NCBI GenBank assembly: GCA_963665095.1
Contig: OY762069.1
Span: forward strand, 32,001 to 96,000
DNA: 64,000 bases
Origin: an uncultured Desulfobacter sp.
GTDB lineage: Bacteria > Desulfobacterota > Desulfobacteria > Desulfobacterales > Desulfobacteraceae
Direction: 5' to 3'
Both the position numbers and the translations under genes were made by a program. Shown piece after piece: positions 29,780 to 39,954 of the stretch (the first letter of the stretch is position 1; each line of letters starts with the position of its first letter). A model generated the notes under the pieces. That model made no database searches and was not told where the DNA came from. It saw only the letters and a list, made by a program, of their open reading frames with translations.

Positions 29780-30020
29780 CCCCCATTCCTTTCTCCGGTC
29801 TTTATATCGGGCAGAATTCTGAATTTACATGAACTGCTAACACAATTTTAATTTTTTTGTATTACTATTGTGCAAGTATATGATGCGCTGTCTTTGGTAT
29901 ATGCTCCAAAGCAGCCGACTTTTTTACGGCGTCTTTCAACCAATCTGTATTGATATGGGTTCCGGAACTGCGTATCCGGCAGAAGCATCGGCGAAAAAAA
30001 TGTTGGATCGAAACAAAATC

Positions 30021-30064
30021 CTAATCATTGGCTAATATAATATTAAACTGAAGCTAATAAAACA
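30021..30064 (+). promoter_or_regulatory. Four 11-bp-period direct repeats upstream of the pst operon (Pho-box-like)
   Basis: CTAAT at 30021, CTAAT at 30032, TTAAA at 30043, CTAAT at 30054; TATTAT at 30076. Confidence 0.55.
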
Positions 30065-30124
30065 GGTATGGATTTTATTATAGATTGTGCATGAGATGCC
30101 CAAATATACTGTAAGGAAAACAGA

Positions 30125-31513
30125 ATGTCACCCACACATTTGCTTTTAACGCTTTTGATGCTGACAGCGGCTGGATTTTTTATTGGCCGTTACAAGGCCT
30201 TTGCTGTATCGAAAGCCTGTGGGGGCATTAAGACCCTGCACTCCCGGCCGACCCACTACGGCGCTCTGGCCTGCCTGTGGTGCCTGGCTCCCTCATTGAT
30301 TGTCTTTTCTTTCTGGCTGTTTTTTCAATCTACTATCATCACCGATATTGTTGTCTCTGATCTGCCTGGGCATATCCGCTCCCTGCCGGACGCCCGGCTC
30401 AATCTTATTGTCAATGACATTCAGAACATTGTTGAAGGAAATATTACCGGCCTGAAGATCACGCCTGAGATGCAGGCGGCAGCCGAACGGTATACATCCC
30501 TGAAACAGACATCCCAGGCAGCCCTGACAGTCCTTATCATATTGATATCCGTTACAGGTATCGCTGGTGTGTGGTGGCGGATCAGGCCTTCTCTCCGTGC
30601 CAGGAACCATGTGGAAAATGTGGTCCAGGTTCTGCTGATTGCCTGTTCAACCCTGGCGGTTTTTACCACAGTGGGCATTGTGCTCTCTGTGCTGTATGAA
30701 GCCATCCGCTTTTTTAAGGTCATTCCGATATATTCATTTTTATTTGGCCTTGAATGGAGTCCCCAGATGGCCATTCATGCCGAGCAGATCGGGTCATCCG
30801 GGGCCTTTGGCGCTGTTCCGGTGATTCTGGGAACCTTGCTGATTACAGGCATTGCCATGTGCGTGGCAGTGCCCATCGGGCTGATGTCCGCCGTGTACCT
30901 GTCTGAGTATGCCAATAAAAAATTTCGCAGCATTGCCAAACCGCTTCTGGAGATCCTGGCCGGGATTCCCACGGTGGTGTACGGTTTTTTTGCCGCCCTT
31001 GTGGTGGCGCCGGCCATCAGAAATGCCGGAGTTATGCTGGGTCTGGATGTCTCTTCGGAAAGTGCACTGGCAGCCGGCATTGTCATGGGAATCATGATCA
31101 TCCCCTTTGTATCATCCCTGTCCGATGACGTGATCAATGCCGTTCCCCAGTCCCTGCGGGATGGTGCCTTAGGGCTTGGCTCCACCCGGAGCGAAACCAT
31201 CACAAAGGTTGTCCTGCCGGCAGCCTTGCCCGGCATTGTGGGCGGTGTGCTCCTGGCGGTTTCCAGGGCCATTGGTGAAACCATGATTGTTGTCATGGCT
31301 GCAGGTCTGTCCGCCAACCTCACAGCCAATCCCTTGAAGGCCGTGACAACGGTGACTGTCCAGATTGTCACGCTTCTGGTGGGGGATCAGGAGTTTGACA
31401 GTCCCAAAACCCTGGCCGCCTTTGCCTTAGGGTTACTGCTGTTTGCCGTTACCCTGGTTCTTAATGTGATCGCTTTGATGGTGGTCAGAAAATACAGGGA
31501 GCAGTATGAATAA
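30125..31513 (+). CDS. pstC: Phosphate ABC transporter permease PstC
   Basis: KPLLEILAGIPTVVYGFF, AVSRAIGETMIV. Confidence 0.95.
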   Translation: MSPTHLLLTLLMLTAAGFFIGRYKAFAVSKACGGIKTLHSRPTHYGALACLWCLAPSLIVFSFWLFFQSTIITDIVVSDLPGHIRSLPDARLNLIVNDIQNIVEGNITGLKITPEMQAAAERYTSLKQTSQAALTVLIILISVTGIAGVWWRIRPSLRARNHVENVVQVLLIACSTLAVFTTVGIVLSVLYEAIRFFKVIPIYSFLFGLEWSPQMAIHAEQIGSSGAFGAVPVILGTLLITGIAMCVAVPIGLMSAVYLSEYANKKFRSIAKPLLEILAGIPTVVYGFFAALVVAPAIRNAGVMLGLDVSSESALAAGIVMGIMIIPFVSSLSDDVINAVPQSLRDGALGLGSTRSETITKVVLPAALPGIVGGVLLAVSRAIGETMIVVMAAGLSANLTANPLKAVTTVTVQIVTLLVGDQEFDSPKTLAAFALGLLLFAVTLVLNVIALMVVRKYREQYE

Positions 31514-32801
31514 GTTTGATTTACACCCCATGACTGCTGGTGGTGTCCGAACCATTGATGTTGTCAAAAAAGGGCTTGGGAAGCGATACCGGAAAGAGAG
31601 ACGATTCAGGCTGTTCGGGTTGGCTGCCGTGATCATGAGTCTGAGTTTTGTGTCCCTGCTGTTTATCAGTATCATTTTTAACGGGTACTCCGCCTTTCAG
31701 CAGACCACGATCCAGCTGGACGTGTTTCTGGACCCTGCGATCATCGATAAGGATGCTCTTGCAGCAGCCAACTATTCCCTCCTTGTCCGTAATTCTTTGT
31801 CAGTCTCCTTTCCGGATGTCAGAACCCGTGAGGAGAAGCGCAAACTGCACGCACTTGTCAGTTCGGGTGCTTCCTATATCCTCCAGGATTTTGTTTTCCG
31901 GAACCGTCATGAGATCGGCAATACCGTAAAGATATGGGTGCCGGCAGATGATGATGTGGATATGCTTGTCAAAGGGCATATTGACCGCAGTAAACCCGAG
32001 ACGGAACGACGGCTGGATGACGACCAGACGGCCTGGGTGGACCATCTGGTTAAACTGGGGCAGATTAAAAAGGTGTTCAACCGGACCTTTTTTACGGCCG
32101 GAGACTCCAGGGAACCAGAGCTGGCCGGTATCTGGGGGGCTGCCTGCGGCTCTTTTTACACCCTTTTTGTCACCCTGGCACTCTCATTTCCCATCGGGGT
32201 ATCTGCAGCGGTTTATCTTGAGGAATTTGCCCCGAAAAACAGATGGACCGATCTGATTGAGGTCAATATCAATAACCTGGCGGCGGTGCCCTCCATTGTT
32301 TTCGGACTGCTGGGGCTGGCATTTTTTTTAAATGTTATGGGACTGCCGCGGTCTGCCCCGCTGGTGGGCGGACTGGTTCTGACGCTGATGACTCTGCCTA
32401 CCATTATTATTGCCAGTCGTGCCTCGCTTAAGGCGGTACCGACTTCCATTCGGGAGGCAGGCCTTGGCATCGGCGCATCCAGGGTCCAGATGGTGGCTCA
32501 CCATGTTCTGCCCCAGGCGCTACCGGGGATGCTCACCGGCACCATCATCGGCATGGCCCAGGCCTTGGGGGAAACAGCGCCTTTACTGATGATCGGTATG
32601 GTGGCCTTTATTGTGGATATCCCAGCCGGGTTTACGGATCCTTCCACGGTGCTGCCGGTCCAGATATATCTGTGGGCAGACAGTCCTGAAAGGGCGTTTT
32701 TGGAAAAAACTTCAGCTGCCATCATGGTACTTTTGATATTTTTGATCTTCATGAATGCGGCAGCTGTGTTTTTAAGAAAGAAATTTGAAAAAAGGCATTA
32801 A
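31506..32801 (+). CDS. pstA: Phosphate ABC transporter permease PstA
   Basis: NINNLAAVPSIVFGLLGL, AQALGETAPL. Confidence 0.95.
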   Translation: MNKFDLHPMTAGGVRTIDVVKKGLGKRYRKERRFRLFGLAAVIMSLSFVSLLFISIIFNGYSAFQQTTIQLDVFLDPAIIDKDALAAANYSLLVRNSLSVSFPDVRTREEKRKLHALVSSGASYILQDFVFRNRHEIGNTVKIWVPADDDVDMLVKGHIDRSKPETERRLDDDQTAWVDHLVKLGQIKKVFNRTFFTAGDSREPELAGIWGAACGSFYTLFVTLALSFPIGVSAAVYLEEFAPKNRWTDLIEVNINNLAAVPSIVFGLLGLAFFLNVMGLPRSAPLVGGLVLTLMTLPTIIIASRASLKAVPTSIREAGLGIGASRVQMVAHHVLPQALPGMLTGTIIGMAQALGETAPLLMIGMVAFIVDIPAGFTDPSTVLPVQIYLWADSPERAFLEKTSAAIMVLLIFLIFMNAAAVFLRKKFEKRH

Positions 32802-32847
32802 CGGTTCATCTGAATTTGCTACAGAAAATGGGAGACGGGAGTGACAC

Positions 32848-33915
32848 ATGAAAAAACGGATTGTTATTTTTATTGCTCTGGCGACTGCTGCAGTGATGCT
32901 GGGATCCGGCCAGGCCGGTGCCGGTGCTGCAAGGGACTACATTGCCATTGTCGGATCTTCAACGGTGTATCCATTTGCCACCGTTGTGGCTGAAAATTTT
33001 GGTAAAAAGACCAGTTTTAAAACCCCCAAGGTTGAATCCACCGGGTCCGGAGGCGGACACAAGCTTTTTGGTGCCGGGATCGGCGTGGAACATCCGGATA
33101 TTACCAACTCTTCGGCCAGGATTACAAAAAGCCAGCTGAAAAAAGATTTCAAAAACGGTGTAAATGAGGTTGTTGAAGTCAAAATAGGCTATGACGGGAT
33201 TGTTGTGGCCAACTCAAGGCAGGCAACGGTGTTCAGGCTGACCAGAAAAGATCTTTTTCTTGCCCTGGCCAAGGAGGTGCCGGTCAAAGGTGTTGACAAA
33301 AAGCTTGAGCCCAACCCAAACCAGACCTGGCAGGATGTGAATCCCGGCCTGCCCAATATTAAAATTGAGGTGTTCGGGCCGCCGCCTACGTCCGGTACCC
33401 GGGATGCTTTTGTAGAACTGGCCATGGAAGGCGGCGCTGTAAAATTCGGATGGATTTCCGCATTGAAAAAAGAGGATAAAAGAGCCTATAAGTCCATCTG
33501 CCACACCATCCGTGAAGACGGCGCCTATATTGAGGCCGGGGAAAATGACAACCTCATCGTGGATAAACTGCGCAAAAGTCCCGATGCACTCGGGATCTTC
33601 GGGTTCTCTTTTCTGGACCAGAATACCGACAAGATTCAAGGCTCCTACATAGACGGCGTGCCGCCCACCTTTGACGCCATTGCTGACGGGTCATATCCGG
33701 TATCGCGGCCTTTGTATTTTTATGTTAAAAAGGCACATGTGAATACCATTCCGGGAATGAGAGAGTATTTAGCTGAATTTACAAGTGAGAATGCCTGGGG
33801 AGATGAGGGGTATCTGACGGACAAGGGGCTGATTCCCATGCCGGTGAAAGAGCGGCAGTTTTACAAAAAAGTTGTTGCGGATCTTACGCCGTTAACATTG
33901 CAGGATCTGGATTAA
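32848..33915 (+). CDS. pstS: Phosphate ABC transporter substrate-binding protein PstS
   Basis: VGSSTVYPF, ESTGSGGG, GPPPTSGTRDAF, YPVSRPLYFYVK. Confidence 0.95.
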   Translation: MKKRIVIFIALATAAVMLGSGQAGAGAARDYIAIVGSSTVYPFATVVAENFGKKTSFKTPKVESTGSGGGHKLFGAGIGVEHPDITNSSARITKSQLKKDFKNGVNEVVEVKIGYDGIVVANSRQATVFRLTRKDLFLALAKEVPVKGVDKKLEPNPNQTWQDVNPGLPNIKIEVFGPPPTSGTRDAFVELAMEGGAVKFGWISALKKEDKRAYKSICHTIREDGAYIEAGENDNLIVDKLRKSPDALGIFGFSFLDQNTDKIQGSYIDGVPPTFDAIADGSYPVSRPLYFYVKKAHVNTIPGMREYLAEFTSENAWGDEGYLTDKGLIPMPVKERQFYKKVVADLTPLTLQDLD

Positions 33916-33933
33916 GGATATAAAACGTTAAAG

Positions 33934-34791
33934 ATGAATGAGGAAAAAATAGCCGGCTTCCCCACCCGGAGACAGGGACGGCGTCAGCTGGTTGCCAGGC
34001 AGGAACGGGCAACCGTAGGTCAGATGGCGGTGGAAAACCCCCGGATGAGCTGCAGAAATGTCAATGTCTACTATGGCCCGAAAAAAGCCATTAACAATAT
34101 CAGTCTGGATATCGGCTGTAACGAGGTGATCGCCATGATCGGGCCGTCCGGATGTGGAAAATCCACTTTTTTAAGATGTCTGAACCGGATGAACGATACC
34201 ATCGAAGGATGCCAGGTCACAGGGCAGATCCTCATGGACGGCAAAAATATCTATGACAAAGAGGTGGATGTGGTGCCTTTGCGGGCACAGGTGGGTATGG
34301 TTTTTCAGAAGCCCAACCCGTTTCCCAAGTCCATTTATGATAATATTGCCTATGGTCCGAAAATCCACGGGCTGGTTCAGAACAGGGATGAAACCGATGA
34401 ACTGGTGGTGGGCTCCCTGAAGCGGGCCGGGCTCTGGAGTGAGGTAAAGGACCGGCTGGAGCAGCCCGGAACCAGTCTGTCCGGTGGGCAGCAGCAGCGC
34501 CTGTGCATTGCCAGGACCATTGCCGTGAACCCTGAAGTGATTCTCATGGATGAACCCTGTTCCTCCCTGGATCCTATTGCCACAGCCATTATTGAAGAGT
34601 TGATTGACGAGCTTAAGCAGGACTATACCATTGCCATTGTTACCCATTCCATGCAGCAGGCCTCAAGGGTCTCCCAGCGCACCGCATATTTTCATCTCGG
34701 GGATCTGATTGAAGTGGGGCCCACGGAGCAGGTTTTCTTAAATCCGCTGCACCAGCTCACGGAGGACTACATCACCGGCCGGTTTGGTTAA
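33934..34791 (+). CDS. pstB: Phosphate ABC transporter ATPase PstB
   Basis: [43 protein letters not shown]. Confidence 0.97.
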   Translation: MNEEKIAGFPTRRQGRRQLVARQERATVGQMAVENPRMSCRNVNVYYGPKKAINNISLDIGCNEVIAMIGPSGCGKSTFLRCLNRMNDTIEGCQVTGQILMDGKNIYDKEVDVVPLRAQVGMVFQKPNPFPKSIYDNIAYGPKIHGLVQNRDETDELVVGSLKRAGLWSEVKDRLEQPGTSLSGGQQQRLCIARTIAVNPEVILMDEPCSSLDPIATAIIEELIDELKQDYTIAIVTHSMQQASRVSQRTAYFHLGDLIEVGPTEQVFLNPLHQLTEDYITGRFG

Positions 34792-35171
34792 TATCCCATT
34801 TTATCCGGAATCACACCGCGTACCCCGCCCCTGGGGGCGGGCGTGTCATTGGGGCGCCTGGGGATCAGGTGGACATGGGCATGAAAGATGGTCTGGCCTG
34901 CACAAAGACCACAGTTGATCCCGATGTTAAACCCCTGAACCTCAGCGTCTTTTTCAAGAATTTGTTCTTTCAGTACTTCAATGAGATTTGCGGTATCACT
35001 GCGTTCCTGGTCCGTCATGTCGAAAAAGTCCCGGCAGTGGCGTAAAGGGATGATCAGCATGTGACATCGGCTGACAGGTGTTGAATCCTCAATGGCATAC
35101 ACTGTCCCGCATGTTTTAACAATATGTCCCGAATAATTGCAAAAGGGGCATTGGGAAGACAGTTGAGTCAC
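34788..35171 (-). CDS. HIT family hydrolase
   Basis: [26 protein letters not shown]; likely GTG start at 35171. Confidence 0.88.
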   Translation of the reverse strand: MTQLSSQCPFCNYSGHIVKTCGTVYAIEDSTPVSRCHMLIIPLRHCRDFFDMTDQERSDTANLIEVLKEQILEKDAEVQGFNIGINCGLCAGQTIFHAHVHLIPRRPNDTPAPRGGVRGVIPDKMGY

Positions 35172-35474
35172 GATGTATCTTTTCCTGATTTTAAAAATTA
35201 GTTGTTTATGATGGTTAAAAACTATAAAAAGGAAAGAGCAAATTTGCAAGCGCTGTTCTGAATCAGATTCTTTTTTACGATGTTTAACCTGCGGGTGGCA
35301 TGATACAATTCTGTATGAGACAGATCCGTTGTCTGGTACACACCGTTTTCTTGGGGAAGCTGGCTGTCCGATTCTTACCTGCATCTGGAACGTATGGGTT
35401 TGGTATGGCTGTAATGATCCATTTTTTCTTAAAGTATCGGCAAAAAATTAAAGGCGTTGTTTTTCCAGCTTACG

Positions 35475-35490
35475 TGGTATGCAATTTGCT
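35475..35490 (+). promoter_or_regulatory. Sigma54 -24/-12 motif
   Basis: TGGTATGCAATTTGCT upstream of the gene at 35650. Confidence 0.6.
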
Positions 35491-35649
35491 GATAAACGGT
35501 ATGTTATTTTGTATGAAAATGGGTAAGCAATCGAAATATGTACCCCGTGGCGGGATAAGGCTTGACAGGCAGGCCATGTGGATGGTCCTATTTTGATTGG
35601 TCGGTTCAATTAAAGGATGATAATACTATAATAAGGAGGTTAAGATCAG

Positions 35650-36111
35650 ATGAATTTTCAATCAATTGATGAGATACTTACATTCGCCATTGACCGGGAA
35701 AAAGAAGCCGTTGAATTTTATGCAGCTCTTGCCAATGAGGCAACTTCCAAAGCGTTAAAGCAGACCTTTGTTGATTTCTCCAAAGAAGAAGGCAAGCATG
35801 TGGCACTACTCAGCGATATTGCCGGGAACAAGGAGATGATTGACAGCTATGAAATTAAAAACATCCCTGACCTGAAAATCAGCAACTATCAGGTCGAGAC
35901 AACCTACGAAACCGGTATGCCCATGCCTGAAATTCTCAGACTTGCCATGAAAAGAGAGGAAAAATCAGTAAAACTCTACCAGACCATGGCAGACCAGACA
36001 GACAATGCCGATGCGAAAAAAGTTTTTCAGGTGCTTTCCCAGGAAGAATCCAAGCATAAACTTGGCCTTGAAACCATGTATGATGATTACCTGGCGGATC
36101 AGGACAGCTAA
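35650..36111 (+). CDS. Ferritin-like diiron protein (rubrerythrin diiron domain only)
   Basis: AIDREKEAVEFY...KEEGKH; AMKREE...Y...QEESKH. Confidence 0.87.
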   Translation: MNFQSIDEILTFAIDREKEAVEFYAALANEATSKALKQTFVDFSKEEGKHVALLSDIAGNKEMIDSYEIKNIPDLKISNYQVETTYETGMPMPEILRLAMKREEKSVKLYQTMADQTDNADAKKVFQVLSQEESKHKLGLETMYDDYLADQDS

Positions 36112-36186
36112 GCGCGGGATATGCGTCCGGGCCAGCTCAGGATCAAAAAGATACCTGACAGGCCTTGGCATACTTTCCGATAATTG

Positions 36187-36227
36187 AACCCGGGGCGTTG
36201 ACAAAAACGTGATTCCCCGGGTTTTTT
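36187..36227 (+). terminator. Intrinsic terminator
   Basis: AACCCGGGG...CCCCGGGTT followed by TTTT. Confidence 0.55.
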
Positions 36228-36322
36228 ATTGATCCCGGCCGGTTGTTTGTTTTATTTCTATTCTTGCCTGCTGTTTTTTTGCAGCAGGCAAATGCTAACA
36301 CAATTAAGGAAAAGAACACCTG

Positions 36323-37114
36323 ATGACGCAAAAAAAACAATTGAAATTGATTTCCTGGAATGTGAATGGTCTTCGGGCTGTAGTTAAAAAGGAGTTCTTT
36401 GATTCTGTCGCCGGTATGGACCCGGATATCCTCATGCTTCAGGAGACAAAGCTGCAGGAAAGCCAGCGCAGTGACGAGTTGATCCGGTTTGGTGACTATG
36501 ACAGCTTCTGGGGGTACTCAACCGTCAAAAAAGGATACTCAGGGGTCGCTGCCTATACGCTCATTACCCCTGATGCTGTAACCACTGAATTTGGAAAACC
36601 TGAATATGACGGTGAGGGCAGGGTGATCCAGATGGATTTCCCCGCCTTTGTCCTGTTCAATATCTATTTTCCCAACGGTCAGATGAGTGATGAGCGCCTG
36701 GCATACAAGCTTGGATTTTATGAATGGCTTCTGGGATATACTGAAAAACTCAGGGAAGAGGGAAAATCAATCATTATCACCGGAGATTTTAACACAGCCC
36801 ACAATGAGATTGACTTGAAAAACCCAGGCCCCAACTCCAACCGGTCCGGATTTTTACGGATTGAGCGTGATGTGCTCGACCGGATGGTGGAGATGGGGTA
36901 TGTGGACACCTTTCGGCATTTTTATCCTGACACTGTAAAATATTCGTGGTGGTCCTACCGGTTTAACGCCCGGAAGAACAATGCCGGGTGGCGCATCGAC
37001 TATTTCTTTGCCACCCGGGATCTGATTGAAAAAGGCATTGTTAAAGACGCGTTTATTAATAATGATATTTTCGGGTCTGACCACTGTCCTGTGGGGCTGG
37101 TGATCGAAGTATAA
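36323..37114 (+). CDS. xth: Exodeoxyribonuclease III / AP endonuclease
   Basis: SWNVNGLRA, LQETK, GYSGV, GDFNTAH, GWRIDYF, GSDHCP. Confidence 0.96.
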   Translation: MTQKKQLKLISWNVNGLRAVVKKEFFDSVAGMDPDILMLQETKLQESQRSDELIRFGDYDSFWGYSTVKKGYSGVAAYTLITPDAVTTEFGKPEYDGEGRVIQMDFPAFVLFNIYFPNGQMSDERLAYKLGFYEWLLGYTEKLREEGKSIIITGDFNTAHNEIDLKNPGPNSNRSGFLRIERDVLDRMVEMGYVDTFRHFYPDTVKYSWWSYRFNARKNNAGWRIDYFFATRDLIEKGIVKDAFINNDIFGSDHCPVGLVIEV

Positions 37115-37122
37115 GGTTTAAT

Positions 37123-37833
37123 TCAATCTTTAAAGACAAGCTTGCCGCCAATATGGCCTGCCACCCCGGCCGCACCCAGCATGACAAGGTTGACCAGAAT
37201 AAAAACCCATGCCCTGTCGGATGTTAATACGTCCGGGTTCACAAGGTACCATATGATTGACACCATGCAGGCTGAGGTGGTAATCGCCGCTGCCATAATT
37301 TTGATTTTAAAAATTGAGGTGGCGGCTTTTCCGTATTTTTTTGTCCATTCCAGGTATCCGGAAAACAGGACCACAGGAAGCGATAGCACTACAAAAACAA
37401 GATTAATGTATCCCGCCTTTGCAAACAAAGTGGCGCCGGACAACCATGAAATAATGAACAGGGCCACAACAACCGGGATGATACCGTTTGGCATGTGTAC
37501 GGTTACCGGATGGGCATGGTGCTTTACCATCTGGTCGGCAGCCTTGTCATAAAATGTACCGGCAGGGACAGGGGGCTGTTCAGAAAGGTTCGCCTGATTT
37601 GTTTCAGGTTCTGGCTCCCCTGATGTCGGGACCTTCTCTGGGGATGGTTCTGCAGCCTTTTCAGCGGGGGCAGCCGCACTTTCCGGTTTTTTTTCTTCAT
37701 CTTCCAGCAGAATAAATTTACTGCTGTCCACCCCGCATACCGGGCATTTTTCAGGGGGTTCATCTCCTTTGTGGATATACTTGCACACAGAGCACTGCCA
37801 TCTTTTCATGGGGGATCCTTTCACTATTGTCAT
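37123..37833 (-). CDS. Rubredoxin-like domain fused to a 4-TM His-containing membrane domain (DUF2231-like)
   Basis: WQCSVCKYIH...PPEKCPVCG, a P/A/E linker, HAHPVTVHMPNG, a C-terminal GHIGGKLVF; alternative start at 37809. Confidence 0.82.
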   Translation of the reverse strand: MTIVKGSPMKRWQCSVCKYIHKGDEPPEKCPVCGVDSSKFILLEDEEKKPESAAAPAEKAAEPSPEKVPTSGEPEPETNQANLSEQPPVPAGTFYDKAADQMVKHHAHPVTVHMPNGIIPVVVALFIISWLSGATLFAKAGYINLVFVVLSLPVVLFSGYLEWTKKYGKAATSIFKIKIMAAAITTSACMVSIIWYLVNPDVLTSDRAWVFILVNLVMLGAAGVAGHIGGKLVFKD

Positions 37834-39020
37834 TACCTGTTATCAATCTCTACATATGCACACTCATCCGGACCGCAATATTCACCGACATAAGCAGCCC
37901 CGGGCCTGTATAGGGAAGGTTTGGGTGCTGCCATGGCATATTGTTCCTCAATTACATGGGCGGCCCAGCCACTGACCCTGGATACGGCAAACAACGGGGT
38001 AAAAAGATCTGTGGCAATACCCATGGCATTGAACAGGGATGCGGAATAAAAATCGACATTGCAGTAGATGTCGCGCTGTTTGCGCTGTTTAAAGGCGGCC
38101 TTGCCCTTGACTTCCAGTGCCCGGGACAGTTCATACCAGGTGGTATCCCCGGCAATCTCTCCCATCCTTTTGCTCATAGGAGCAAGGATGCCGGCCCTTG
38201 GATCGTCAGTCTGGTAAACGGCATGGCCCAACCCCATGATCAGACCGCCGGAATCAAGAATCTTGGAGATATAGGTGTTAATGTTCTCCTGGCTGCCGAT
38301 CTCCTTGAGCATTTTCATTACCCGGACATTGGCTCCGCCGTGCAGGGGGCCGGACAGGGAGCCGATTGCCGCGCTGATGGCTGCGTAAATATGGGCTTTG
38401 GTGGAGGCCACCTGCCGGGCCGTAAATGTTGATGCGTTAAATGAGTGTTCCGCATGCAGGACAAGGCTTGCATCAAAAAAGCGGGCTGTTTCCTCATCTG
38501 GGGCAGTACCTTTCAGCATATAAAGGAAGTTGGCAGCATGGCTTAAGTCCGGGTCGGGCGGAACCGGACTTTTTTGGTTTCTGATCCGATCCCAGGCTGC
38601 AGTCAGGGTGGCCATTCCGGCAATGAGGATTTCGGCGCTGTTCAGGGTATGGGTCAACTCCTGGCTGCCGGCATTGGGATCGTTCTGGACCAGCAGAGGT
38701 GTTGCTGCCTGGAGTACGTCCATGGGGGCCATATCCCGGGGCAGTGCTGCCAGGAATGAAAGAATATTATCCGGAACCTGCCGCTTTTCTGCAAGGCTGC
38801 GGGTAAAATCTGCCAGCTCCTGCCGGGTGGGCAGGCGTTCATATAAAAGCAGAAAACAGGTCTCTTCAAAGGTTGTATTTTCTGCCAGGGTCTGAACCGG
38901 ATAACCCCGGTATATCAGTTTGCCTTCCTTGCCTTTGACGTCACATATTTTCGAACTTGCAACTTCAACACCTCTTAGTCCGGTATTCAGAACCGGGGTG
39001 CAACTCACATCATTTTCCAT
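37833..39020 (-). CDS. gltA: Citrate (or 2-methylcitrate) synthase
   Basis: GLRGV, LHAEHSFNASTF, GPLHGGAN, MGLGHAVY, DPRA, NVDFYSA. Confidence 0.9.
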   Translation of the reverse strand: MENDVSCTPVLNTGLRGVEVASSKICDVKGKEGKLIYRGYPVQTLAENTTFEETCFLLLYERLPTRQELADFTRSLAEKRQVPDNILSFLAALPRDMAPMDVLQAATPLLVQNDPNAGSQELTHTLNSAEILIAGMATLTAAWDRIRNQKSPVPPDPDLSHAANFLYMLKGTAPDEETARFFDASLVLHAEHSFNASTFTARQVASTKAHIYAAISAAIGSLSGPLHGGANVRVMKMLKEIGSQENINTYISKILDSGGLIMGLGHAVYQTDDPRAGILAPMSKRMGEIAGDTTWYELSRALEVKGKAAFKQRKQRDIYCNVDFYSASLFNAMGIATDLFTPLFAVSRVSGWAAHVIEEQYAMAAPKPSLYRPGAAYVGEYCGPDECAYVEIDNR

Positions 39021-39102
39021 GGCTGCCTCCTTTGGCTTGCGTAATCAAAGCAGACAAAAAATTTAGCTTTAATCATACGCCGGAATTTGCAAAAAAAAAA
39101 AA

Positions 39103-39432
39103 TTAAAAGATTTTTTCAGGGGGCCGTCTTTCTGGAACGTATTCAGGTACCACTTCATTGTTATTGACCTGTTTTGAAACATAAAGTCCGCAGTAACAGG
39201 TGCCGAATTCCGCCATGTCCGGCTCGCGGTATACACAGGGACAGATAATGTCCTTATCAAGCTCTTTGTCCCCGCAGGCAAGCCTGCATGGACAGGCCAT
39301 ATACCCGTAGCGTTCCTTGTTGAGCAAAAGGCTTTCCAACAGTTCAAACACAAGATCCCTGTCCTTGTTAAAATAAGCCCCTCTGGCCTCCTGAGTTTTC
39401 TTCAATGCGTTATAAAGCTCATCCACTTTCAT
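39103..39432 (-). CDS. Ferredoxin-thioredoxin reductase catalytic subunit (FTRc/FDR-like)
   Basis: YGYMACPCR, DIICPCVY, GTCYCGLY. Confidence 0.92.
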   Translation of the reverse strand: MKVDELYNALKKTQEARGAYFNKDRDLVFELLESLLLNKERYGYMACPCRLACGDKELDKDIICPCVYREPDMAEFGTCYCGLYVSKQVNNNEVVPEYVPERRPPEKIF

Positions 39433-39692
39433 TTGGTAATTCCCAATGCTGTTTTGATTTCCTTTTCCTTGTTTCCGACAATAACCGTATCACTGTTGAT
39501 TTTTATTGTGGGGAACGAACATCTCGGGTTCAGCGCCTTAACCTGGGCTAAAACATCTTTGCGCGCATCTCCTGACAGATCATCCACCTGAACATACTCG
39601 TAGTCTATATTGTACTTATCCAGAAGTTTTCTGGTCGCCCTGCAGTGACTGCAGGTGCTCAATCCGTAAAGTGTTGGGGTTTGATTGCCCAT
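39429..39692 (-). CDS. Glutaredoxin/NrdH-like redoxin
   Basis: LYGLSTCSHC, NPRCSFPTI; ATG at 39692 after AGGAG; ATGA overlap with FTRc. Confidence 0.9.
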   Translation of the reverse strand: MGNQTPTLYGLSTCSHCRATRKLLDKYNIDYEYVQVDDLSGDARKDVLAQVKALNPRCSFPTIKINSDTVIVGNKEKEIKTALGITK

Positions 39693-39733
39693 TGGATTTT
39701 CTCCTTGAATGGTTAGGTCTTGCCTGTTTGTAC

Positions 39734-39749
39734 TGCATAGGCCATGCCG
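39734..39749 (-). promoter_or_regulatory. Sigma54 -24/-12 motif (grx operon)
   Basis: Minus strand CGGCATGGCCTATGCA. Confidence 0.55.
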
Positions 39750-39881
39750 TTTTTGTTGCATATTCCATACCGGTCTGGCAAGCTGAAATTTATTGGTTTG
39801 TTCTGGCGGGCCTGAGGCTTTGCCTTGATACCGCCGTTGTATATATTCAGGTCGCCTGAAAATCGGTGGGTTGGGATGCCA

Positions 39882-39897
39882 TGGCCTGTGATTTGCA
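39882..39897 (+). promoter_or_regulatory. Sigma54 -24/-12 motif (FMN oxidase operon)
   Basis: TGGCCTGTGATTTGCA. Confidence 0.6.
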
Positions 39898-39954
39898 TCC
39901 AGTTCATCAGTTTAATAAAGTTAATGGTCCTTATTTCCCAAGGAGGTTGTCTCA

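Noticed and set aside
39069..39353. Alternative-frame ORF over FTRc ending near a poly-A run
   Set aside because: FTRc is complete in its own frame; no evidence of a frameshift
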